Below are positions 1 through 9,847 of a stretch of 64,000 bases of DNA, one piece after another. Below the pieces are notes generated by a model that worked only from the letters and a program-made list of their open reading frames with translations, was not told where the DNA came from and searched no databases. Source of the stretch: Candidatus Latescibacterota bacterium (GTDB taxonomy: Bacteria; Latescibacterota; UBA2968; GCA-2709665). Each line of letters opens with the position of its first letter. The first letter of the stretch is position 1. The position numbers were made by a program, and so were the translations under genes. Location: contig OZ244937.1 of the NCBI GenBank assembly GCA_965222075.1, positions 1,792,001 to 1,856,000 of the forward strand, written 5' to 3'.

Positions 1-334
1 GCCCCCACGGCTCCCGCTCCAGCGAGACATCCTTCCGCCGGTTCCGGGATTTCATCCAGTCCAGACAACAGTTGACCCCAATCCGATAGACCCAGGTATA
101 AAACTGCGATTGACCCCGAAAGTTGGACAGCGAGCGATACGCCTTCAGAAAGGCCTCCTGGGCAAGGTCGTCTGCGTCATCTCGATCGCCCACTAAGGAA
201 TAAATCGTACCGTAGACGCGTTCATAATAACGCCGAACCAGTTCAGAAAATGCTTCCCGGTCGCCTTTCCGGGCCTGCGCCACAAGCTCCATATCCCCGG
301 CATCCGACTGTTTTGACGATTCCTGGAACGACAT
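1..334 (-). CDS. ECF (RpoE-like) RNA polymerase sigma factor, runs off window start
   Basis: Manual translation from ATG 334: MSFQESSKQSDAGDMELVAQARKGDREAFSELVRRYYERVY...DADDLAQEAFLKAYRSLSNFRGQSQFYTWVYRIGVNCCLD, a sigma-70 region 2 signature. Confidence 0.9.
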   Translation of the reverse strand, partial: MSFQESSKQSDAGDMELVAQARKGDREAFSELVRRYYERVYGTIYSLVGDRDDADDLAQEAFLKAYRSLSNFRGQSQFYTWVYRIGVNCCLDWMKSRNRRKDVSLEREPWG

Positions 335-399
335 TGTTCCCTCTCTTGGGTCACGGGTCCCCCGGGTTGTGGACGACACGTGACTCCTGAACGCGCGAC

Positions 400-816
400 T
401 CACGACCCACCTTTCTCTACCGTGGCAATCACAAACCGTTTGATCCCCACCCCCTTGATCAGATCCAGGATGCCCATCACCTCTCCGTATGGAAGCACCC
501 GGTCTGCGCGCAAGACAAGCCCTCCGCTGGCATTGATCTCCTCTGCGGCTTCCCCCAGCCTCACCTGGAGCACCTCCCGGGTCGCACCCTCTCCATTATA
601 ACTCATCTCCCCATCCGACGCCACATTCAGGACAAACAGCTTCTCCTGCTGCACCCTGTCCGAATGCTGCATGGAGGGCAGTTCCACCTTAAGCGCCGAC
701 TGCTCGATAAAGGTAGTGGTCACCAGGAAAAATGTCAACAGAAGGAAAAGTACGTCAATCAGAGAGGTGATATTGATCGACGGTCGCCGCCGGGGCCTCT
801 GCAAGAGCTGCATCAA
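400..816 (-). CDS. exbD: ExbD/TolR biopolymer transport protein
   Basis: INITSLIDVLFLLLTFF TM motif and VLRADRVLPYGEVMGILD; follows exbB. Confidence 0.9.
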   Translation of the reverse strand: MMQLLQRPRRRPSINITSLIDVLFLLLTFFLVTTTFIEQSALKVELPSMQHSDRVQQEKLFVLNVASDGEMSYNGEGATREVLQVRLGEAAEEINASGGLVLRADRVLPYGEVMGILDLIKGVGIKRFVIATVEKGGS

Positions 817-1478
817 TCCGCCCTTTCTGCCCGGAGCGCCTCCGCTGCGGTCTGAAACCCCCGCAGCTTTTTCAGGAGGGCATTGGAATATTTCTCAATT
901 TCCAGGATCAGGGTCTCTGCCTTGTTGCTGAAATAGTTGTAAAACACCAGCGACGGAATTGCAATAAAAAGCCCCGCGGCAGTGGTCAGAATCGCCTCTG
1001 CAATCCCCCCGGCCAGCAGGTTGCCCTGCCCTATTCCCACCTCTGAAATCTCCTGGAAAACCTTAATCATCCCCAGCACCGTCCCCAGGAGTCCCAGCAG
1101 CGGCGAGACACTCGCCACCGTCTCCAGCACCACCAGCCCTTTCTGCAAGGCCCCCATCTCCTGCCGTCCCTGGTCCAGAATACTCTCCCGGATCTCGTCC
1201 TGGGGGAGATGCCGGTTGTCCAGACCGGCGCGCATCACCTGGGCAAAAGGCCCTTTATACTGCCCGCAGACCGACTGCGCCAGCCCGACATCCTCCGGCC
1301 CCTGGATATTCTCAACCACGCCGACGATCTCCGGCCGGATGATCCGCTTGCGCCGCAGACTGAGCCCTCGCTCTAAGCTAATGGCAAGGGCAAGCACCGA
1401 ACAGAGCGTGAGCGGGTACATCATCAACCCCCCCTGTTCAAAAAGCTCCCAACTCATATCATCGACTCCTATCAGCAT
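813..1478 (-). CDS. exbB: MotA/TolQ/ExbB proton channel protein
   Basis: SPLLGLLGTVLGMI and GIAEAILTTAAGLFIAIP motifs; start may be the internal Met of MSWELF. Confidence 0.9.
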   Translation of the reverse strand: MLIGVDDMSWELFEQGGLMMYPLTLCSVLALAISLERGLSLRRKRIIRPEIVGVVENIQGPEDVGLAQSVCGQYKGPFAQVMRAGLDNRHLPQDEIRESILDQGRQEMGALQKGLVVLETVASVSPLLGLLGTVLGMIKVFQEISEVGIGQGNLLAGGIAEAILTTAAGLFIAIPSLVFYNYFSNKAETLILEIEKYSNALLKKLRGFQTAAEALRAERAD

Positions 1479-2370
1479 CCCGTATCAGTGTATAGTTAAA
1501 AAGGCCTGTAATCTCCAGAAACGCATCGGGAAAGTCGTCCGGCAGGGGCCGAAACGGCGCCGACAGGACAACCGCGTGGTAGCTCGTATTCCGCAACAGG
1601 TCGCTTCCGTCGTAGTTCATCACTTCCAGGTCTTTCAAACGCCCATCCCTCAAAATCTTAAACCGGAGCAGCGTCCTGCCTTCGATCAACCCCAGCTCCG
1701 TAAAGGCCGCAGGAGGAAAAACATGGTTCCCAATGTGGCGTTTCAGATAGGCGACATAAGGCGCAAAGTCCCATTTGTAGGTGCTCAACTGCAACGCCCC
1801 GTCTTCCAGGGCGCTGGACCGCTGGTTGTCCAGCTTCAGAGCGGGCGGAATGGCCGGTGTGCCATAAACCGCCTCCCTGCGCTGCTCCCGGGTCTGCATC
1901 GGGCCCTCTTTTAATAGGGAAACGAAATCGACGTCCTGTTCCCGAAACATGAGGGCCTGCTGCTCGGACGCCTCTACCGACGCCTCGCCCTCTGTCCCTT
2001 CTCCGTTGGCGCCCCTTTCCCCATCCCTGCCCACGGCTGTGCGCAGGTGCTCCCTGGATTCCACCAGCCCCTCGGAATAGGGCAGATAGGACGGCTCCAT
2101 CCATGCCTCCTGCCAGTCCTGCGCCACCGACTGTCGGTCGGACAGCAGGGGGGACTCCTTCGGCGGGCGTTCGCTGGAACGCTGGTTGGGAACCTCCACA
2201 AACTCGAAGGTCAAGGGCGGCGTTTCCTGCCTTGAGGGGAGCACCGTGCGGGGACGGATCAGGATCTTGGCCAGGGGAACGTACACCGTGAAGAAGAGCA
2301 GGTGCAGCAGCACGGCAACCGCATAGGAGAGGGTATACCGGTTGGTAAAAAGAACCTTTACCGTATCCAT
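1459..2370 (-). CDS. TonB/TolA-like energy transducer
   Basis: N-terminal TM with His (AVAVLLHLLF), Pro-rich linker, TonB-C-like end (FKILRDGRL...APFRPLPDDFP); start taken at MDTVKV. Confidence 0.7.
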   Translation of the reverse strand: MDTVKVLFTNRYTLSYAVAVLLHLLFFTVYVPLAKILIRPRTVLPSRQETPPLTFEFVEVPNQRSSERPPKESPLLSDRQSVAQDWQEAWMEPSYLPYSEGLVESREHLRTAVGRDGERGANGEGTEGEASVEASEQQALMFREQDVDFVSLLKEGPMQTREQRREAVYGTPAIPPALKLDNQRSSALEDGALQLSTYKWDFAPYVAYLKRHIGNHVFPPAAFTELGLIEGRTLLRFKILRDGRLKDLEVMNYDGSDLLRNTSYHAVVLSAPFRPLPDDFPDAFLEITGLFNYTLIRDADRSR

Positions 2371-2655
2371 TTCGAAACACACCCCTGAAAATGAGCAATC
2401 AATTAAGATAAATATATTGGAAACGAGATGAAAGAGCAAAGTCCGCCCCCCCTGCGGGATGCTCGCCTTTCCCAGGCAGGGCATGGCCTGCATACGCCAA
2501 ATCGCCATCGAGCGCCTCGGTTCTCTTTCTCGACGCGCAGGCTGAGCAGGAAGGCTGCAACCGGCAGAAAAGAAGAGGGGCGGCACCCTTGCCGCCCCTC
2601 TTCTGAACAATATCTCCCGCCCGCATGCGGCAGCTCTCCATCAGCATCTAAACGC

Positions 2656-3612
2656 TCAGTCCTCTGAGCTGGAGCAGGACCCTCCGCCCAGCACGCAGAA
2701 CCTGGCGCAATGCGGGTGGTTGAGTTTCACCTCCCTGGAGGCTTCCGCCAGGGTCTCCCCCATCTCGAACTCCGGGTCATAGGGCAGCAGGTTACAGGAC
2801 AGGACGGCCGGGCGTTCGGCCCCTTTGCGCTTGACGACCAGGCGGGAGGACGCGCACATAATGTCGTCCGGCGACATACCCAGGATGTCCCAGCACGCCG
2901 TGGTGATTTCAGGCACATCGACCGTTTCATCCATCTCCGGAAAAAGCACAAGCTGGGTGGAATCCCACGCATCGATGGTGACGTTTAATGCTGCAAAAAG
3001 TCGGGCGTAGCCGGCCCGCAGGCTCGCTTCGGTTTCGTCCCAATAGGTGCGGCCTGCAGCGGCGATGTTAAACCCGTTTTCCGACAGCCACAACAGGCCC
3101 TCGATTGTTGGCTTCCAGGATCGCAGACCGCGCTCTTCCTCGTGCAGCTCCCGGGTGTAGTGGTCGATGGAGATACGGAGGGTCAGCCTGTGCCCATACC
3201 GTGCCTTCAGATCAAACAGGGGATCGGCCAGTTTCAACATGGGCCGCATGGCATTGGTCAGCACCAGCGCCTCGAAGCCGCGGGACAGGCATGCTTCGAG
3301 CATCCCGGTGATCTGGGGGTTCATGAACGGCTCGCCGCCGGTAAAACCGATCTCCCGGGTGCCCAACCCGTCGCGTTCGATTTCATCCAGATACGCCCTG
3401 ACCTCTTCGGTCGTGATGTAGACAAGCCGGTCGTTGAGCGGGCTGGACTCGATATAACAGTTCACACACGTCAGGTTACACAGCGTACCCGTGTTGAACC
3501 ATAACGTCTCCAGCCTGTTCAGCCGAACAGACGCGCGCTGCTCCCCTTTTGCTGTAATATCGGGATCCTGAAATTTCGCAGGATCAAGCGTTTTGACAGC
3601 TGTTTGGACCAT
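2656..3612 (-). CDS. Radical SAM protein
   Basis: CNLTCVNC (CX3CX2C) and FTGGEPF; Cys-rich C-terminus (HCARFC...GGSC). Confidence 0.9.
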   Translation of the reverse strand: MVQTAVKTLDPAKFQDPDITAKGEQRASVRLNRLETLWFNTGTLCNLTCVNCYIESSPLNDRLVYITTEEVRAYLDEIERDGLGTREIGFTGGEPFMNPQITGMLEACLSRGFEALVLTNAMRPMLKLADPLFDLKARYGHRLTLRISIDHYTRELHEEERGLRSWKPTIEGLLWLSENGFNIAAAGRTYWDETEASLRAGYARLFAALNVTIDAWDSTQLVLFPEMDETVDVPEITTACWDILGMSPDDIMCASSRLVVKRKGAERPAVLSCNLLPYDPEFEMGETLAEASREVKLNHPHCARFCVLGGGSCSSSED

Positions 3613-3630
3613 AGTGCCTCCTCTATCTGT

Positions 3631-5361
3631 TTACTCTCCACGCTCCACATGTTGAATGGCCTTTTCCACGCTCCACAACAGCCGCCTCAGACCGGCTTCC
3701 ACACCTGCGGAGAGGTGCACCCGCACCGTGCGCCGGCACCGTCCTCTCAGGGCCAGAGCATCGCCCAGGACCTGCGCTGCCTTAAGCGTCCCGAAGGAGG
3801 AGCGTCTCCCTGGAATCGGCAGGTCCTCAGCGTCGTCTGAAGTAATCTGCAGAAACAGCCCGCTGTTGGGGCCCCCCTTGTGCAGTTGTCCGGTCGCGTG
3901 GAGGAAACGCGGGCCGTACCCAAGCGTTGTGGCCACGCCCATGCCGTCTCGGATCCGCATACGGATGGCTTGCAGCCGCTCCCGGTTTTGGTCGTTCATA
4001 TCAAGATACGCACAAAGGGCTGCAAACTCACCCGGTTTGAGACGCCCAAGGTGGGCAGCGAGGCAGGCCTCCAGAGATTCCGCACCGGCAAGGGCCGCGG
4101 CATTCTCACCATCGGCAAACACCTGCACCCCACCGTCGCAGAGGAACGGCGCTTCGATCGGCAGGCGGCCTTCGACCTCAAAATCGTCCATCAACCGGGC
4201 CGTGAACGCCTTGCTCTCCTGCACATTTGGCTGATCAAACGGATGGATGCCCAGCACGCAACCGGCTACGGCCGTGGCGATCTCCCACAGGAAAAATGCC
4301 CCGCCCAGGTCCATCTCATCCTCCAGATGCACCCTCACGACCGGCTGGGCGGCCCGTTCGAGCGCCCCTACCGCCTCATCCTGACCGGGGTCATACCCCA
4401 ATGTCGGCCGAATGTAAACAAAGAGGCGGTCCTCCCCGTATACCTCCGGCGGTCCCAGGGGCTCGTTGTCTACCGGAACCAGTCCCTTTCCCTCCTTTCC
4501 CGTACTCTCGGCCAGGAGCTGCTCCAGCCAGCTTCCCAGCCCCCGAATACCGGGAGACGTCACAAGCGTCACCTTGTCCCGCCCGGCGGCCGCCAGTTCG
4601 CCCAGGACCACCCCCAGGACCACCCCCGGGTTCTTCTCGGCAGGGACGTCCGCGCCACAGCGCGCCACCATATGCGCCGCCCGCCGCAGAAACGCTTCCA
4701 CATCGATGCCCATCATTGCGGCCGGGACCATGCCGAAGTTCGACAGCGCCGAATACCGTCCCCCAATCTCCCGCGCCCCTTCAAAGGCGTACCTGAACCC
4801 TTCCTCCCAAGCGCGGGCCTCCAGCGGGGACCCCGGATCGGTAATCACTCCAAAGTGCCCGCCGGCCCGTTCCCCTACGGCCTGTTTCATCTCCTCAAGA
4901 AAATAGTCGCAAAACGCATTCGGCTCCGTCGTCGTCCCCGACTTGCTGGCCACCACACACAGGGTCTTCTTCAGGTCCACCCGATCCGCAAAGCGCCTGA
5001 CCTGCGCGGGCACCGTGGAGTCCAGCACGCGCAGCCGGGGATATCCCTCCACCCTGCCGAACGTCAGGCTCAAAACCTCGGCACAGAGACTGCTGCCCCC
5101 CATCCCAAGCAGAAGGAGGTCCTCAAACCCGGCCCCTTGAACCTCCTGTGCAGCCCGTTTGAGATCCCCGCAGAGCCGAAGCTGACGGTCCACACCGTGC
5201 AGCCACCCCACCCACCGCCCTTCGTCCCCTCCCGTCCAGAGGCCGGCGTCCCCCTGCCAGAGCCGTTCAACCCTGCCCTCCCGCCGCCAGACCGTCAGGG
5301 TCTTCTCCACGCGCCTCTCATAAGCGCCGATCGAATACGCCACGTGCAAATTCTCGGCCAT
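3631..5361 (-). CDS. pgi: Glucose-6-phosphate isomerase (type normally fused to transaldolase, here standalone)
   Basis: LGMGGSSL, ASKSGTTTE, IGGRYSALS, EQLLAESTGK and FDQPNVQESK motifs. Confidence 0.85.
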   Translation of the reverse strand: MAENLHVAYSIGAYERRVEKTLTVWRREGRVERLWQGDAGLWTGGDEGRWVGWLHGVDRQLRLCGDLKRAAQEVQGAGFEDLLLLGMGGSSLCAEVLSLTFGRVEGYPRLRVLDSTVPAQVRRFADRVDLKKTLCVVASKSGTTTEPNAFCDYFLEEMKQAVGERAGGHFGVITDPGSPLEARAWEEGFRYAFEGAREIGGRYSALSNFGMVPAAMMGIDVEAFLRRAAHMVARCGADVPAEKNPGVVLGVVLGELAAAGRDKVTLVTSPGIRGLGSWLEQLLAESTGKEGKGLVPVDNEPLGPPEVYGEDRLFVYIRPTLGYDPGQDEAVGALERAAQPVVRVHLEDEMDLGGAFFLWEIATAVAGCVLGIHPFDQPNVQESKAFTARLMDDFEVEGRLPIEAPFLCDGGVQVFADGENAAALAGAESLEACLAAHLGRLKPGEFAALCAYLDMNDQNRERLQAIRMRIRDGMGVATTLGYGPRFLHATGQLHKGGPNSGLFLQITSDDAEDLPIPGRRSSFGTLKAAQVLGDALALRGRCRRTVRVHLSAGVEAGLRRLLWSVEKAIQHVERGE

Positions 5362-5369
5362 TTGCCCTC

Positions 5370-6347
5370 TCACGCATAGAGGTGGGCCACATCGTCTGCG
5401 TATCCGTTGTAGATCTGCGTCGGCACCCGCTTGCCCGTGTCAATCAACCGTTCGGTTGCCTGCGACCAGCGGGGATGGGGCACCCCGGGATTGACATTGG
5501 ACCAGAAGTCGTACTCGCGTGGCACCGCATCGTTCCAGAACGTTGGCGGCCGCCTGTCCGTAAATTCGATCGATACGATCGACTTGATACTCTTATACCC
5601 GTATTTCCAGGGGACAATCAGCCGGATCGGCGCGCCGTGCTGCTTGGGAAGTTCGTGCCCGTAAATGCCGGTCACCAGGAGGGTCAACTCGTTCATCGCT
5701 TCCTCGATGGTCAACCCTTCATAATAGGGCCAGGGATACCAGTGCTGCTCCACCTGCCCGGGGGCCTGATTCGGGCGGAGGAAGGTCACCATCCGCACGT
5801 ATTTCGCCGACGGCCTGGGCTGCACCTCGTCGATCAGAGACTTGAAGGGAAACCCGGTCCAGGGAACGGCCATCGCCCAGGCCTCCACGCAGCGAAACCG
5901 GTAGAGGCGCTCCTCTAAGGGCATCCGCCGGAGCAGATCGTCCACATCGTAGACCCTGGGCGCTTCCACCAGCCCCTTCACCTCCACCGTCCAGGGGCGA
6001 GTCTCAAAGCGGTCTACCAGGCGCCACACCCGGTCCTTAATATGAGAAAATTCGTAGAAGTTATTGTAGCGTGCCGCCACCGCCTCGTCCGTCAGCGCCC
6101 GGTTCAGCGTGTAGGCCGGATTTCTCTCAGCCGGATAGATACCGGCCGGGGCTTTCGAAGCCCGGGCGGGGGGCCGTCCGCCGGCCTCCTTTCCATCGGC
6201 CGGACGCTCACCGGCACACCCCACGACCAGCCCCGCGCCTGCGAACCCCATCGCCTTCAGGAATTTCCGGCGATTCATATAAATATCCTCCGGCGTTGTG
6301 AGACGCTCGGGCATCTCCCACCCCTTTGGAACCCGGATGTATGGCAT
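5370..6347 (-). CDS. msrP: Protein-methionine-sulfoxide reductase catalytic subunit
   Basis: Tat signal NRRKFLK, YNNFYEF, RFRCVEAWAM, PWKYGYKSIKSI, NVNPGVPHPRWSQATER. Confidence 0.93.
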   Translation of the reverse strand: MPYIRVPKGWEMPERLTTPEDIYMNRRKFLKAMGFAGAGLVVGCAGERPADGKEAGGRPPARASKAPAGIYPAERNPAYTLNRALTDEAVAARYNNFYEFSHIKDRVWRLVDRFETRPWTVEVKGLVEAPRVYDVDDLLRRMPLEERLYRFRCVEAWAMAVPWTGFPFKSLIDEVQPRPSAKYVRMVTFLRPNQAPGQVEQHWYPWPYYEGLTIEEAMNELTLLVTGIYGHELPKQHGAPIRLIVPWKYGYKSIKSIVSIEFTDRRPPTFWNDAVPREYDFWSNVNPGVPHPRWSQATERLIDTGKRVPTQIYNGYADDVAHLYA

Positions 6348-6361
6348 TGGACCTCTCCTCT

Positions 6362-7183
6362 CTATTGGTCAGGCGCCCGGTCGGTGAGGGCCTGATCGTT
6401 CAACGTCCAATCGTAGTCCACATGCTGGACCTGCACATCGCGATTCTGCTTTAAATAGATCCCTTCCACCTCCGGAAGGTACATCCTCAGATAATCAATA
6501 AGCTTCGCATCCTCAACCTGGTAGGTCCGTTTGTACCAACCGGTAAAATCCTCTTCGAACCACTCGAAAATCTTCGACAGGGTAACCTCGCTCTGCGTCC
6601 TGTCAATCCGGACGTTTCGGGCCTCCCGGATAAAAAACCGCATGGCCGCCTCCAGCCGGGCGTCTAAGTCTTCGGGCCGGAAGGCCTTCTGCTCCAGTCT
6701 GGGGCACCCCACCGAGGCGCAGTTGATTGCCGTGTGGATGCGGGGGTCCTTGAATTTTGCCCTCAGAATATTGTGCTCAATATCGTTCAGCGTATAACTT
6801 TCCCCTCCGGCCGTAAAATAGGTCCGGTTGAAAAACCCGGACAAGAGCTTGATCTTCTTCACGCTCTTCACCGGGTAGGCGTCGACCACGCCTTTGATCA
6901 CAAAAGCATTGTAGGCGTTGATCCAGTAGGCCAGACGGTCCTCCCGCGTGGGAAACCACGCCGGATGGCTTGCCGGGCGCACGCGCCCCAGCAGCGCTAC
7001 GTATGCCTCCAAATCCTGCGGGTGGGCCTTCAGACCGGCATAGTCCACCTGGCCGCCTTCGTCCACGTAGGCCGACAGCACCCGGTCCAGCGCCGAGTGG
7101 TCAAACCGCGCCCCCTCTTCCGCCGCCGCCCAGGCCGGCGCAGCCAGCACCAGAACAACCATTGTCCATCGCATCATACGCAC
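6362..7183 (-). CDS. Secreted DUF547-domain protein
   Basis: Signal peptide; LAYWINAYNA, DPRIHTAINCASVGCP, YDWTLN. Confidence 0.88.
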   Translation of the reverse strand: MRMMRWTMVVLVLAAPAWAAAEEGARFDHSALDRVLSAYVDEGGQVDYAGLKAHPQDLEAYVALLGRVRPASHPAWFPTREDRLAYWINAYNAFVIKGVVDAYPVKSVKKIKLLSGFFNRTYFTAGGESYTLNDIEHNILRAKFKDPRIHTAINCASVGCPRLEQKAFRPEDLDARLEAAMRFFIREARNVRIDRTQSEVTLSKIFEWFEEDFTGWYKRTYQVEDAKLIDYLRMYLPEVEGIYLKQNRDVQVQHVDYDWTLNDQALTDRAPDQ

Positions 7184-7193
7184 CCTCTCTCCA

Positions 7194-7946
7194 TTACCTG
7201 ACGCAGGGCGACCGGACCGGTCGCTCCTGCATTTTCACCTCTGCTTCTCTCACGGCCTTTTGGGCGGTTCGGGTAATCAAGATCGTGACCGCAACCGTGG
7301 CCAGAAACCCCACGCCAAAGAGCGCGTACTCCAGCGGGGTCCGGCCCTGTCCGCCTTCGGCCGCAACCCTGCCAACGGCCCCGAGGTAGACATACATCAC
7401 CGTTCCGGGCAGCATACCCAGCCAGCTCACCAGCACGTAGGGCCAGAATTTCACGGCCGTCAACCCGTAGAGATAATTGCTCAGGTTAAACGGAATCGCC
7501 GGGCTCAACCTCAGCAGGCCCACGATTTTCCATCCCTGCCGGCCGATCGCGGTGTCGATCGCTTTAAACCGCTCGTTTTGCTCCGCCTTCGCCGCAACCC
7601 GGTCCCGGGCCAGGTAGCGCGCAACCAGAAACGCCAGCGAAGCGCCCAGCGTCGAACCGACGGAGACCACAGCCGTGCCCCAGACGACGCCGAAGAGAAA
7701 ACCCGACCCGACCGTCAACGGAGATCCGGGCAGGAACAGCACGGTCGCCAGAACATACACACCCGCGTAAATCGCCATGCCCGCCGGCCCCATCTGTCCG
7801 ACCCACGCGTTGAACGCCTTGATCCATTCGCCGATCGGCAGCAGGCTTCTGGTGACCAGAAGTCCCACGATCACGACCCCCAGCACAACCCATTTCCAGG
7901 AAAAACTCCTCCGCACATCCTGCTGGGCCGCAATATCTTCCACCAT
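7194..7946 (-). CDS. TVP38/TMEM64 (DedA/VTT) membrane protein
   Basis: GASLAFLVARY, LLRLSPAIPFNLSNYLYGLT, GMLPGT. Confidence 0.9.
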   Translation of the reverse strand: MVEDIAAQQDVRRSFSWKWVVLGVVIVGLLVTRSLLPIGEWIKAFNAWVGQMGPAGMAIYAGVYVLATVLFLPGSPLTVGSGFLFGVVWGTAVVSVGSTLGASLAFLVARYLARDRVAAKAEQNERFKAIDTAIGRQGWKIVGLLRLSPAIPFNLSNYLYGLTAVKFWPYVLVSWLGMLPGTVMYVYLGAVGRVAAEGGQGRTPLEYALFGVGFLATVAVTILITRTAQKAVREAEVKMQERPVRSPCVR

Positions 7947-7962
7947 TTACCTCCTTTAACCC

Positions 7963-9441
7963 TTAAATGCCCCGCCGCTTTCTGTAGAGCCAGCGAAAGA
8001 TCGACTTCACCCTCGGCGTCAGGCGTGTCCGGTTGTACTGATCGCCCATTTTGCGCGCCAGTTCGGCAAAGGTTGGATAGGCGTGAACGGTCGAAGCGAT
8101 GGCCCCCAGCCCGATGTCCTGACTCATCGCCAGCACGAACTCGTGCAGCAGGTCGCCTGCATGCTCGGACACCAGGGTGACCCCCAGAATCTTATCGCTG
8201 CCCTTTTCCGTCAGCACCTTTGCAAAGCCCGCCTCCTCGCTCTCCACAATCGCCCGGTCCATATCGTCTAAGGGCTGCGTAAACAGGTCATACGCGATCT
8301 TCTGCTCCCCCGCCTCCGTCTCGCTCAGCCCCACGCGGGCCACCTCGGGCGACGTGTACGTGCACCAGGGCACCACCGAATAGTCCACCTTCTGCCGAAG
8401 CGCCTGAAACGGCATCAAGATGTTCCGGATGACCACCCGGGCCTGCGCATCGGCCATATGCGTAAACTGATACGGCCCAACAACATCCCCCGCAGCGTAA
8501 ATGTGGGGCTGCAACGTCTGCAGGTAGTTGTTCACCTCGATCCCCTGCGTGTTGAACCTCACACCCGCCGCGTCCAAGTTGAGCGGCTCCACGTTCGGAA
8601 TACGCCCTGCGGCGATCAGCAACGCCTGGGCCTGAAGCGGCAGCGTCTCGCCTTCACCGTTCCCCGGCGTCTTTTGCAGCACCTCCAGGTGGACGTGCCC
8701 GTCCCGCACCTGCGCCCGTTTTGCCGCGGCCCCGGTGAGTACCCGAATCCCCTCGGCCTCGAGCTGCTTCCGCATAAACGCGGCCACATCGGGATCTTCC
8801 TTCACCATAATCCGGGGCAGAAACTCGACCACCGTAACCCGAACACCGAGGCGACTGAGCGCCTGGCTCAACTCGCATCCAATCGGCCCCCCGCCGATGA
8901 CGACCATGCTCTGGGGCTTCTCATTGAGATGGTCGAAAATTGTCTCATTCGTGAAATAGGGCACCCCATCGATCCCCTCGATTGGCGGGATGCCCGCCCG
9001 ACGGCCCGTGGCAATCACAAAATGTTTCGCCTGCAGGGTCGTATCGCCGTTGATCACCACCGCGTTTGAGGAGGCAAACTGCGCTTCCCCTGAGAAGACA
9101 TCCACCCCCAGCCCCTCGAAACGCTCCCGGGAATCGTTCGGTTCGATCACTGCGCGCCGCTCCCGCATCCGCTCGAACACCCGGGTAAACTCAAACTGTG
9201 GTTCCTGCGGCTCCAAGCCCCACTTCCGGCCCTGCCGGATGTGCTCGATTGCCCGGGCGGAGGAGATCAGCGCCTTGCTGGGCACGCAGCCGTAGTTGAG
9301 ACAATCGCCGCCCATCTTGTGGCGCTCGATAAGCGCCACGCGCCCGCCCAGTCCGGCGGTGCCCGCTGCGGTCACCAGCCCGGCCGTACCCGCCCCGATC
9401 ACCACGACATTGTAAGTCCCTTTCCCTTTTTCTTCCGCCAT
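7963..9441 (-). CDS. Mercuric-reductase-like FAD-dependent pyridine nucleotide-disulfide oxidoreductase
   Basis: GAGTAG, GGDCLNYGCVPSK, GGGPIG, HAYPT; start at MAEEKG. Confidence 0.85.
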   Translation of the reverse strand: MAEEKGKGTYNVVVIGAGTAGLVTAAGTAGLGGRVALIERHKMGGDCLNYGCVPSKALISSARAIEHIRQGRKWGLEPQEPQFEFTRVFERMRERRAVIEPNDSRERFEGLGVDVFSGEAQFASSNAVVINGDTTLQAKHFVIATGRRAGIPPIEGIDGVPYFTNETIFDHLNEKPQSMVVIGGGPIGCELSQALSRLGVRVTVVEFLPRIMVKEDPDVAAFMRKQLEAEGIRVLTGAAAKRAQVRDGHVHLEVLQKTPGNGEGETLPLQAQALLIAAGRIPNVEPLNLDAAGVRFNTQGIEVNNYLQTLQPHIYAAGDVVGPYQFTHMADAQARVVIRNILMPFQALRQKVDYSVVPWCTYTSPEVARVGLSETEAGEQKIAYDLFTQPLDDMDRAIVESEEAGFAKVLTEKGSDKILGVTLVSEHAGDLLHEFVLAMSQDIGLGAIASTVHAYPTFAELARKMGDQYNRTRLTPRVKSIFRWLYRKRRGI

Positions 9442-9681
9442 CCCCGATCCCCCTTCCCCTGAAAAGATGCGGTCCTCCCACATTCCCTGACCCTCACCCC
9501 GCAAAAGGACTGAAGGCAATCGGTGTGCCAGCGGGCCTGAGGCCCCATCCCCCAAACAAAAAAATCTGTAACATCAACTATAACAGCATCCTGTACCAAA
9601 AGACCGCCAGGCTCCTTCGTCCTCCTCCCGTCCGCTACTCTCATGCAATCGAAAGACTACTGTCCGGTAAGAAGCTGATAT

Positions 9682-9840
9682 TCACACCAGCCCGGTAAAC
9701 CCCGCTCCTTCCGTCCCCCCGCTGACCACAGAGTATTCCCCCTTCACCAGAGCTTCGTTCGGCTTCAGGGCCTCGTCAATCTCATGCGCCTGCAGCTCAA
9801 TCCGTCCCGGCTCCACCACAACCAGTTGTTTCGACCTCAT
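9682..9840 (-). pseudogene. Truncated N-terminus of a zinc-binding (MDR) alcohol dehydrogenase-like gene
   Basis: Manual translation MRSKQLVVVEPGRIELQAHEIDEALKPNEALVKGEYSVVSGGTEGAGFTGLV*; stops after 52 aa. Confidence 0.65.
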
Positions 9841-9847
9841 CGGCACC

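Noticed and set aside
7963-9441. True mercuric reductase merA
   Set aside because: It lacks the C-terminal Cys-Cys pair and there are no merR/T/P genes; it is better called a MerA-like oxidoreductase.
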